Source of the DNA: a virus
DNA length: 64,000 nt
Direction: 5' to 3' (one strand)
IMG/VR virus record: IMGVR_UViG_3300037042_003533
Span: 19,700 to 83,699 of that record
A program made the translations under genes and the position numbers. Of the stretch, positions 1 to 8,005 are shown piece by piece; positions within the stretch are counted from its first letter, which is position 1; each line of letters begins with the position of its first letter. Under the pieces are notes generated by a model, which was not told the origin of the DNA, did no database searches, and worked only from the letters and a program-made list of their open reading frames with translations.

Positions 1-741
1 AATGCTAATTATCGGACAGTTGAAAGCCAGGCGGCTGACATTTTCAGTTATCTGACGATGATCTACCGTTATGTCAAGCATAACGCGCGTACCATGGGTT
101 TTGACCCGGTGAACTGGTTCTTGACCATGCGCGGGGACTTGTTCCAGCAACTGACTGACTACTGGCCCTGTGTGTTTGCAACCTATCGTTGTGCTGGGTC
201 AGCAGGAAATCCCAATGGGACTGATGCTCTGACCATGCGCCAGATGGCTATGGACATGCAGAACGGGTATTATCTGATGATTGATAATGTTCGTCTGCCA
301 GTTGTTATTGATGACTTCATTCCTGAAGCCACTAATACAAATAATGCTCGTGTTCCTAGTGGCTCGTTTGCTTCTGACATCTACCTTCTGCCACAGTCTG
401 TTCGTGGTGGGATTAGCACCCTGTTCTATGAGTATTTTGACTTCACCGGGGCTAATGCTGCACTTCAGGCTGTTCAGGAAGGTCGTCTGAGCAATACCTG
501 GACAACTGACGGCGGCAAGTTCTTGTGGACAAATCAACAGACTCTCTGGTGTGTTGAGTGGATGGCTAAGATTGAGCCTCGTCTGCGTTTGCTGACGCCT
601 CATCTAGCTGGTCGCCTCCAGAATGTTATGTATTCGCCGCTTCAGCACTTCCGTGATCCTGATCCTGCTTCTGCATACTTTGTGGACGGTGGTAACCAGA
701 CTGTGGCTAACAGTCCGTATTACTCGGATCGTTATCAATAG
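1..741 (+). CDS. Probable major capsid protein, C-terminal part (frame open from base 1, gene starts upstream of window)
   Basis: Reading frame is open from position 1 (NANYRTVESQ...); strongly biased codon use; followed by a strong terminator; heads the virion gene block. Confidence 0.55.
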   Translation, partial: NANYRTVESQAADIFSYLTMIYRYVKHNARTMGFDPVNWFLTMRGDLFQQLTDYWPCVFATYRCAGSAGNPNGTDALTMRQMAMDMQNGYYLMIDNVRLPVVIDDFIPEATNTNNARVPSGSFASDIYLLPQSVRGGISTLFYEYFDFTGANAALQAVQEGRLSNTWTTDGGKFLWTNQQTLWCVEWMAKIEPRLRLLTPHLAGRLQNVMYSPLQHFRDPDPASAYFVDGGNQTVANSPYYSDRYQ

Positions 742-758
742 GTTTGGATGGATAATTG

Positions 759-785
759 AGGGGAGGGGGAAACCTCTCCCCTTTT
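759..785 (+). terminator. Rho-independent terminator
   Basis: AGGGGAGGGG-GAAA-CCTCTCCCCT stem-loop followed by T tract. Confidence 0.8.
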
Positions 786-803
786 AATTAGGAGTTAAAT
801 AGA

Positions 804-1109
804 ATGGGTCATTTTGCAAAAGGTGGGGTGCAGAATAGTTATAGCTTCCCGTTTCTAGCTACTGGTCAGTTTATTCCCGGAACAACGGCTAAGAGATTGG
901 ATAATATACCCTGTGAACAGGTATATATAAGAGCTGGAACTTCCAATACAGGGACAATTTATGTTGGGGGAAGTAATGTAAGTTCTGCACAAGGGATGAC
1001 ATTAGCTGCTGGAGAGTTTACTCCTTGGCTCCCGATACAGAATCTAAACATGCTTTATGCAATAGGTACAGTAGCTACGGATATAATTAAGTATTTCATT
1101 GTGAGATAA
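804..1109 (+). CDS. Small virion-associated hypothetical protein
   Basis: AGGAG RBS; beta-rich G/T/S-rich protein directly after the capsid gene. Confidence 0.55.
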   Translation: MGHFAKGGVQNSYSFPFLATGQFIPGTTAKRLDNIPCEQVYIRAGTSNTGTIYVGGSNVSSAQGMTLAAGEFTPWLPIQNLNMLYAIGTVATDIIKYFIVR

Positions 1110-1110
1110 T

Positions 1111-2073
1111 ATGCCTGGGTCTTTGTTAAAGCATAATGGTTCTATATATGGTAATAGTCTAGTCGGCGTGGCGGGGGGTAGTGCAGCTTATAATATAGCA
1201 CTTCCAAGTGTTATCACACCTTCCACTGACGAGAAGTTGCTGAATGGAACTTTTGCATCCTGGACTGGTGACAATCCGACGAATTGGATTACCTCCGGTG
1301 AGGTAGGCACAAATCCAGAAGTGTCTGAGGTTGGCGCGGGAGAGGGTCACGGCGGCGCTGGAACTGGTATGTGTAATATTTACACTACTGGTGCTACAGT
1401 ACACATTCGGCAGGCCGTGTTAGTTGTTCACTCCTTTTATCGTGTGACTGGCGTGGTGGATAATACAACTGGCGCGGGTGTTACCAGATACGTGGGGGCT
1501 ACTGATTTTGCTAAGGCTGGAATTACATGGAGCGTTGCTGGATCATATCAGTCAGAGATGAGGTCGCAAGGCACGACGTTCAGTATTTATCGTCAAGGCG
1601 CAACAGACACTACAATTGATAATGTGTCTGCATTATTGCTGACAAATTTGTATTCTGCTATACACTCACACACTGATTCACTGAGTTATAACCAAATTAC
1701 CATGTCGATTGCCGCTAATAGTGCGGCAGGGGTGTGGCATCGACATGTTGCATCAGGTGATGAGGTGCTGGCATATATTGATAGAATTAAGTCAACACTT
1801 TGGTTGCTTAAAAAGGTAGGCGGCACAACAACTGAGGTAGCAAGTGTGGCTATCACATATGTGGATGGTAAGGCGATCAAATTACGTCATTCTGCCGCCG
1901 ACACGTGGGAGGTGTATTACGATACACCTGCGAATCTGAACGGTGGATTTGTTGCAGCACTGATTACCAACAACACACTTACTGATATTAACTTGGATTT
2001 ATGTGATGCGGATGGTTATTTTGCAGCTAACCCTGTTACGTCTTTTGTGGATTACCGTTATGCCCCAGGTTGA
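1111..2073 (+). CDS. Hypothetical virion protein with carbohydrate-binding-like (LLNGTF..W) domain
   Basis: 320 aa ORF; NGxF-W motif typical of CBM4/9-like jelly rolls. Confidence 0.45.
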   Translation: MPGSLLKHNGSIYGNSLVGVAGGSAAYNIALPSVITPSTDEKLLNGTFASWTGDNPTNWITSGEVGTNPEVSEVGAGEGHGGAGTGMCNIYTTGATVHIRQAVLVVHSFYRVTGVVDNTTGAGVTRYVGATDFAKAGITWSVAGSYQSEMRSQGTTFSIYRQGATDTTIDNVSALLLTNLYSAIHSHTDSLSYNQITMSIAANSAAGVWHRHVASGDEVLAYIDRIKSTLWLLKKVGGTTTEVASVAITYVDGKAIKLRHSAADTWEVYYDTPANLNGGFVAALITNNTLTDINLDLCDADGYFAANPVTSFVDYRYAPG

Positions 2074-2817
2074 ATGCACGTCGTACCGGGGGAGGTGCTG
2101 GCTACGCTGACAATCTATGCACAAACAGATTGTCACGTAGAATACTTGGGACAAGTTGGTTATGACCCAGGCAATGCAGCAGGCGAAGCTAACTTTGTGA
2201 CGTGGATCGCACTGGCTAACGCAGCAGGGTGTGATGCGGCTATTAGCATGGGTGACATGGTACAAACGACAGAGAACGTGCCAGAGGCGGGCAATTATCT
2301 AGATACACTAAGCAACTCATATGCTGTCATGGGAAATCACGAGATGGCTGTGCCCTATGCAACTACAAAAGCAACAGCGGTTACTGAGTATAGTATGCCA
2401 TCTAGTTACTATGTTACGACGATTGGGTTCTTGAGACTTATTATCTTGGATGATCAATATGATGAGTTTGATGCTGATTACCCAGGACTTGCAGGATGTC
2501 TACCTGACACTGAGATAGCTTGGCTTGCTGGAGAGTTGAATGCTTGGCCGGGGCCTGTGCTGGTTTGTAACCATCACCCAATTGTATCAACACACTTCAA
2601 CACAGATGACATTGTGGCAATTTTGGCGGTGCTTGGTACTCGCAGCAATATATGGTTTCTTAATGGACACATACACCCAACCGCCAACGTGTTACGACCA
2701 CTGGCGAGTACATTCCAATGGACACTGGCGGCTACGGTGGATGGTAAGTATTCGATTATCACGATAACACAGTATTCACACGCTGTTAAGTTTGCGATTG
2801 CACAACAGACATTTTGA
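2074..2817 (+). CDS. Calcineurin-like metallophosphoesterase
   Basis: All five motifs present: TDCH, GDMV, GNHE, HHP, GHIH. Confidence 0.85.
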   Translation: MHVVPGEVLATLTIYAQTDCHVEYLGQVGYDPGNAAGEANFVTWIALANAAGCDAAISMGDMVQTTENVPEAGNYLDTLSNSYAVMGNHEMAVPYATTKATAVTEYSMPSSYYVTTIGFLRLIILDDQYDEFDADYPGLAGCLPDTEIAWLAGELNAWPGPVLVCNHHPIVSTHFNTDDIVAILAVLGTRSNIWFLNGHIHPTANVLRPLASTFQWTLAATVDGKYSIITITQYSHAVKFAIAQQTF

Positions 2818-2860
2818 TAAGCGATAAGCGTTATAATCAGTAAGTATTTTAGGAGATAAT

Positions 2861-3472
2861 ATGGCACGGGGAGTTTTAGGGGGGAATGCCACACCAGTTT
2901 ATATCACGGGGAGTGATGTAACTGAAACTGAGGCTATAAATGTTCAGATTACCTCCCCCTCCGGAGGGGAGATTTATGATGAACTGACAGGGGCTATGCT
3001 GTCTATAGATATTGCTCATCATGAAGTTCATGAAGGGCATAGTTTTGTAGCATCCACATATAACTCCGCTGTCGTGAACAGTGCTTCCTTAATCTTACTT
3101 ATTACAACGACCTCTAAGTCCCCACATCTGGTGTTCAGGTGTGCTGCTGGAGGAGATGCCACGGTCACCTTTTACGAGGGAGTAACAACAATAACAGATG
3201 GCACAGTTGTAGCAGTAGTTAATTTGAGCCGAATATCTACTGAGGTATCTTCGGTTACCGCACATCATACTCCCAACACTTCAGGTTTAGGAACAACCTT
3301 AGAAACACAATTCCTAGCAGGCGGAACGGGACCGAGCCAGTCTAGTGGTTCTGAAGTTAGACGTAATACAGAATGGATTCTAAGGACAAATACTAAATAT
3401 CAGATTACTGTCACTAATATATCTGGCAACAATCAACCAGTTTCCATCAACATAGAATTCTATACCCTTTAG
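2861..3472 (+). CDS. Hypothetical virion protein
   Basis: AGGAG RBS, Thr/Ser-rich beta protein in structural block. Confidence 0.5.
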   Translation: MARGVLGGNATPVYITGSDVTETEAINVQITSPSGGEIYDELTGAMLSIDIAHHEVHEGHSFVASTYNSAVVNSASLILLITTTSKSPHLVFRCAAGGDATVTFYEGVTTITDGTVVAVVNLSRISTEVSSVTAHHTPNTSGLGTTLETQFLAGGTGPSQSSGSEVRRNTEWILRTNTKYQITVTNISGNNQPVSINIEFYTL

Positions 3473-3501
3473 GGTTTATTTTCCTACGGGAAATTAACTA
3501 G

Positions 3502-3534
3502 AGCAGGCATAAGTCTCTCCCTATGCCTGCTTTT
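3502..3534 (+). terminator. Rho-independent terminator
   Basis: AGCAGGCATA...TATGCCTGCT stem followed by T tract. Confidence 0.75.
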
Positions 3535-3545
3535 AATTTTGGGGG

Positions 3546-3574
3546 TTGCAAAGGAGAGAAAAATGGTATACAAT
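3546..3574 (+). promoter_or_regulatory. sigma70-type promoter of the sugar-modification operon
   Basis: TTGCAA-17 bp-TACAAT directly after a terminator. Confidence 0.6.
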
Positions 3575-3598
3575 TATAGGTATGGGAGAGAAATAAAC

Positions 3599-3946
3599 AT
3601 GACTTCAAACGACGGCTCAGAAAATAAAGCCCCAACAGAAAAAATTGAAGATTATTTGGGTTGGCTATTAGCAGGCAAACTTGCTGAATGGCTTGGTATG
3701 AAGGTTGGTGTAGAGCAGAGTGGGGACGGTGAAGTATTTATTCTAGTTATAGAATTGCCCTCTGGTCAGGTACACAAAGTTATCCCCGGCTATGCTGTGG
3801 AAGGTAAGTGGAAGAAGTTTAATTCAGAAGATTATCAAAACCGCAGACATTTTGATGAGGTTAGGTCTATTGAAGATTGCCTGAACGGGTTTTTAGTATT
3901 ACAACACAAGTTGGTTATTCCTGAGCAGAAAGAGGAAATTGAATAG
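3599..3946 (+). CDS. Hypothetical protein
   Basis: GGGAGAG RBS before ATG 3599; stop overlaps the next start. Confidence 0.6.
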   Translation: MTSNDGSENKAPTEKIEDYLGWLLAGKLAEWLGMKVGVEQSGDGEVFILVIELPSGQVHKVIPGYAVEGKWKKFNSEDYQNRRHFDEVRSIEDCLNGFLVLQHKLVIPEQKEEIE

Positions 3947-4893
3947 TGTCTGAATATAGAGGACTAAAAGGGAAAGTTTGTATTTCTGGGGGCACAGGTT
4001 CTCTCGGAACTGCTATCTTATCCAGAGCAGAAAGAGAGAATTGGGATTGTTCGTTTAGTATTTTTGCAAGAAATGAATTAAAGATAAACCAAACAAAAGC
4101 TCGGTTTCCTGATGTAGAGTGCAGGGTTGGGGATGTCCAGGACATAGATTTTCTGCGTACTGCTTTCATAGATTGTGATTTGATAATTCATGCGGCTGCT
4201 GCCAAAGTTGTCCCTCTGTGTGAAAGCAATGTGCGTAATTCTATCTTGTCTAATGTGATGGGAACAATGACAGTTTGTCAAGCGGCTGTGGAGTGTGGAG
4301 TAGGGCGGGTTGTTACTATTCTAACTGACAAACTCGTAAAATCGACTACGGTATATGGTGCAGGGAAATTCTTAGCTGGAGCCATCACTAGAGAAGCAAA
4401 CGCTTGGGGAAACACTCAATTTAATTCGACGCGCTATGGAAACGTGGTTGGATCAGCGAACTCCATCCGGCCCAGACTACTAGAGTTGAGGGAGCAGGGC
4501 AAGCCATTTGTGATTACTGACTCACGTTGTACACGGTTCTGGCTAACCTACCAAGATGCTATTAACCTTATTTTAGTGGCTTCTGATTTAGAAGAGCCTG
4601 GAACTACAGTAGTTCCTAAAGCTCCGGCAAGTTTGGTATTGGACTTATTCAAGGCCGTTGACCCAGATTGGCCTGTTGTTGAAGAATCTATCCGGCCTGG
4701 CGAGAAGATTCATGAGCAACTTATAGATGAGGTTGAATCCAGGCAAACGTATGATAATGGGGAGTATTTTATAGTTTACCCACCGGATAGTAATAAGGGT
4801 ACAAACCTACCGGATGGTTACGGGTACTACAGCAACAATCCTGCCCATCAACTGACTGTAAAAGAGTTGAAGCACATGATGGAGAGTAACTAA
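3946..4893 (+). CDS. UDP-N-acetylglucosamine 4,6-dehydratase-like (PseB/CapD, Polysacc_synt_2) enzyme
   Basis: GGTGSLG Rossmann motif, HAAAxKxVP, TDK, YGAGK, RYGNV, TRFW, RPGEKIHE. Confidence 0.9.
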   Translation: MSEYRGLKGKVCISGGTGSLGTAILSRAERENWDCSFSIFARNELKINQTKARFPDVECRVGDVQDIDFLRTAFIDCDLIIHAAAAKVVPLCESNVRNSILSNVMGTMTVCQAAVECGVGRVVTILTDKLVKSTTVYGAGKFLAGAITREANAWGNTQFNSTRYGNVVGSANSIRPRLLELREQGKPFVITDSRCTRFWLTYQDAINLILVASDLEEPGTTVVPKAPASLVLDLFKAVDPDWPVVEESIRPGEKIHEQLIDEVESRQTYDNGEYFIVYPPDSNKGTNLPDGYGYYSNNPAHQLTVKELKHMMESN

Positions 4894-5444
4894 TGTACCG
4901 TTATCAGGAACTGAACGGGAATTGCCCCTATGCTATGCCCGAAGAGTTGGAGTTTATCCGTCAAGAAGCTCTCAAACTCTCTCAGGATCAGCGACTAGTG
5001 ATGTTGGGTTGCGGGCCCGGCGTGATGGCAGTGAGTGCCCTAGAAGCCCACCCTCATCCACCCCTCACATCTATTGTAGATTTAGACACATTCTACTACT
5101 GTGAGGCCCACCTGCGCGGGGCTGGAGTAGATTTGACTAGAGTTGCCTTCCTGACTGGAGATTCATCTAAGATCGGCGAGTTGTGGGATATTCCAATTGA
5201 CTTTTTGATTGTTGACGGCGATCACACCTACAGTGGTGTCAAAAAGGACATCCGCGCCTGGTGGGGCACTGTCAAGGTAGGGGGAACAATATTTTTCCAC
5301 GACTCCCTTGAACGCGACGGCGGATTTAATGGCTCAGGAGATTGGGAGTTTGGCGGGGTTCATTGGGCAATCGAGGATAGCAAGGATAGTAGCTGGGAGT
5401 TTGTTTGTAGTGTAGGAATAAGTGAGGTTTACCGAAAGGTTTGA
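4893..5444 (+). CDS. Class I SAM-dependent methyltransferase (Methyltransf_24-like)
   Basis: LGCGPG motif I, GDS, IDFLIVDGDHTY, GGxIxFHD. Confidence 0.85.
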   Translation: MYRYQELNGNCPYAMPEELEFIRQEALKLSQDQRLVMLGCGPGVMAVSALEAHPHPPLTSIVDLDTFYYCEAHLRGAGVDLTRVAFLTGDSSKIGELWDIPIDFLIVDGDHTYSGVKKDIRAWWGTVKVGGTIFFHDSLERDGGFNGSGDWEFGGVHWAIEDSKDSSWEFVCSVGISEVYRKV

Positions 5445-6139
5445 GCGTGGGAGAGATACCTGCTGTTTATTGTTTGATAACAACCTATAACCGGCTAGAG
5501 ATGTGTCTACGAACGGTTCGGGGGATTAAAGAAAATCTCCGATGGCCGAATCTTGGATTTATTCTTGTAGATGATGGGTCTGGGCAGGAATATGTGGATA
5601 GGGTTGTTGAGGAAATTGGTGTAACTAACCACCTTTGGGTTTATCAGAGTAATCATAAGGGTGTTGGGCACAACATGAATGTGGGGTTGCAGCACATATT
5701 TGATCTAGGAGGTGAACTATTAATGCTCCTTGAAGATGATTGGGAGCTAACTACCCCCCTTGATTTAACTCCTTATGTCAATGTGGTGCTAAACAATGAT
5801 GTAGGACTTATTCGTATGGGCTACCTGAACGTAGGACTAAGGGCTGAATTGGTAAGTCACGAGAATATGCTGTGGTGGCAACTGGAAAGGAAACCAGAAG
5901 TTCAGCAGTACACATACACAGGCCACGCAGGACTCCGTCACAAGCGACTGTTTGATAGAGTTGGGATGTTCTCGGAGGGGCTTTCTCCAGGACAGAATGA
6001 GTTGGATTATTGCTCGAAGTATAACTATGCACAAAATCCCCCAGCAATTCTTTGGCCCGCAGAGTGGGGCGTGTGGGGAAAGTTTGAGCACATCGGCGGC
6101 GATAGTCTCTCCTCGATAGTCCCTGGGGGAGGTGGGTAA
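5441..6139 (+). CDS. Glycosyltransferase family 2
   Basis: ITTYNR, VDDGS, LLEDDW, HIG motifs. Confidence 0.85.
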   Translation: MSVGEIPAVYCLITTYNRLEMCLRTVRGIKENLRWPNLGFILVDDGSGQEYVDRVVEEIGVTNHLWVYQSNHKGVGHNMNVGLQHIFDLGGELLMLLEDDWELTTPLDLTPYVNVVLNNDVGLIRMGYLNVGLRAELVSHENMLWWQLERKPEVQQYTYTGHAGLRHKRLFDRVGMFSEGLSPGQNELDYCSKYNYAQNPPAILWPAEWGVWGKFEHIGGDSLSSIVPGGGG

Positions 6140-6807
6140 TGGTGCTTCCGATTTCGGTAGTTATTCCAGTCGGCCCACAAGAAGCCTACAAGGATTACTT
6201 GGAGGAGTGCATACAAAGTGTATACGAGAACGATCCTGCCGAAGTAATCGTGATTGACGATTTAGCCAACCTGGGGCCGCGCTGGAAGCAGAAGCATTCT
6301 GAAATACAATACTATAGAAATGACTGGCTTACGGGCTGTTCAGATTCGTGGAACAGGGGGGTTGCCCGTGCTGAGAACGAGTTAGTGTTCCTAATGGGCA
6401 GCGATGATAAATTCACCTCCCCCCATTGCTTGGAAGCCTGTGTCAATGCCTATGAGACCAACAACTATCTGGATGCCTGGTACAATGTTACCTGCATTAC
6501 TCAGTCTGGGGAGATAGTTTCGGCGTTTAACAACGCAGCAGCAGTCACACGCGGTCTTTGGCAGCTTCTAGGGGGCTTTGGCCCTAGCGCCTTTGCCGCC
6601 CCCGATGCCTGGGCAGTATCGATCATGATGGTGCATATGTCAGAAAGACTGATACAGGTGGAAAAAGATGTGCCACACTACTGGGTAAGAGAACATTCCG
6701 AACAGGATACACCCAGACAGTTTGGTAGGTTCTTCGAGGCTGCTCACAGTATCCGCAATATCGCGACACGGGATTGGGTTCCGCCAACATGGAAAGGTTG
6801 GGAATGA
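6139..6807 (+). CDS. Glycosyltransferase family 2
   Basis: ISVVIP, EVIVIDD, WNRG, GSDD motifs. Confidence 0.85.
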   Translation: MVLPISVVIPVGPQEAYKDYLEECIQSVYENDPAEVIVIDDLANLGPRWKQKHSEIQYYRNDWLTGCSDSWNRGVARAENELVFLMGSDDKFTSPHCLEACVNAYETNNYLDAWYNVTCITQSGEIVSAFNNAAAVTRGLWQLLGGFGPSAFAAPDAWAVSIMMVHMSERLIQVEKDVPHYWVREHSEQDTPRQFGRFFEAAHSIRNIATRDWVPPTWKGWE

Positions 6808-7070
6808 TGGTAAACCGACGTAAAGAAATCACAGAAGAAGAAGCAAAACGGGTTATCCCTAATGGAGTTTATTGCTATGACTACGAAGGCGGAGAGTATA
6901 GGAGATGTCCCTTCTTGGAGATTATGACTAAGGAAGATGATGGTCAAACTTATGAAGAGGGCTGGTGCCATTATTTACACGAAACCGATCTCCTGCTGTG
7001 GGATGCTGTGAAACTGTGTGCTGTCAATGATGAAATTACGTGGGATGAAGAAGGAAACGAGGTAAAATAA
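6804..7070 (+). CDS. Cys-rich hypothetical protein
   Basis: ORF coupled to both neighbours; IPxGxYCY...CPF...C motif. Confidence 0.55.
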   Translation: MMVNRRKEITEEEAKRVIPNGVYCYDYEGGEYRRCPFLEIMTKEDDGQTYEEGWCHYLHETDLLLWDAVKLCAVNDEITWDEEGNEVK

Positions 7071-8005
7071 TGGCGTGGAAGGAGGGCCGAAAGGATTTAA
7101 CTGGACAAGTGTTTGGCAGGTTGACTGTGATTGGGTTTAGTCATACAAATAATAAGCGTCTTTCATACTGGAAAGTCACCTGTTCTTGTGGGGCTCAGAA
7201 AGTTGTTCGTGGAGCAAGCTTAATTGCCGGTGAAATTAGAAGTTGTGGGTGTCTGCAAAAAGAATCTACTATAAAACAGCGCCTAGATTTAACAGGGGAA
7301 GTTTTTGGAAGACTGACCGTCTTAGAGTTTAGTCATATAAATAAAAATAGACAAACAATGTGGCGGGTACAATGCTCGTGTGGGAACCAAAAAATTATGG
7401 GTGGGAGTACAATTAAAAATGGGTATATCTTGAGTTGTGGTTGTCTAAACCATGAGTTAGAAAGTAAAGGGTGCTACAAAAATTTAGTGGGACAACGATT
7501 TGGTAGGTTGTTGGTGATGGAGCGAACAGAAAGAAGGCAAGGGAGGCAGATAATTTGGCGCTGTTTATGCTCCTGTGGCAAGGAAACCTTTGTTAGAACA
7601 GGAAGTTTAACAAGTTTATGGACACAAAGTTGTGGGTGTCTTAATAGAGATGTAATAACTACCCACGGTAAGAGTAAAACAAAGGAATATAATACAGCCA
7701 GAAATAGAATAAGATATGAACGAAAACGCAACCAAGACGGGGAGTGGACAATTTTAATGGAAATTTGTCTTAGGGATTACCAACCTGCTTGTGTGGTTTG
7801 TGGCTCAACTGATAGTTTATCTGTGGATCATGTTGTTCCTGTTGCTAAAGGAGGGGGGCTCAAACCTGGAACGGCTTGTATTCTCTGTAAACGACACAAC
7901 AGTATGAAGGGGGCCAAATCCTTGGATCAACTTCCCTTAGATATGGCAAACAAGATCAGGGATGCTGCTGAATCCTTTCGGGTTGCGTGGTCAGGGGGTT
8001 TTTAA
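7070..8005 (+). CDS. HNH homing endonuclease with three N-terminal Cys-rich repeats
   Basis: Three DLTGxxFGRLxV..W.xxCSCG..SCGC repeats; C-terminal CVVCG..DHVVP..GG..C..HN..K. Confidence 0.85.
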   Translation: MAWKEGRKDLTGQVFGRLTVIGFSHTNNKRLSYWKVTCSCGAQKVVRGASLIAGEIRSCGCLQKESTIKQRLDLTGEVFGRLTVLEFSHINKNRQTMWRVQCSCGNQKIMGGSTIKNGYILSCGCLNHELESKGCYKNLVGQRFGRLLVMERTERRQGRQIIWRCLCSCGKETFVRTGSLTSLWTQSCGCLNRDVITTHGKSKTKEYNTARNRIRYERKRNQDGEWTILMEICLRDYQPACVVCGSTDSLSVDHVVPVAKGGGLKPGTACILCKRHNSMKGAKSLDQLPLDMANKIRDAAESFRVAWSGGF

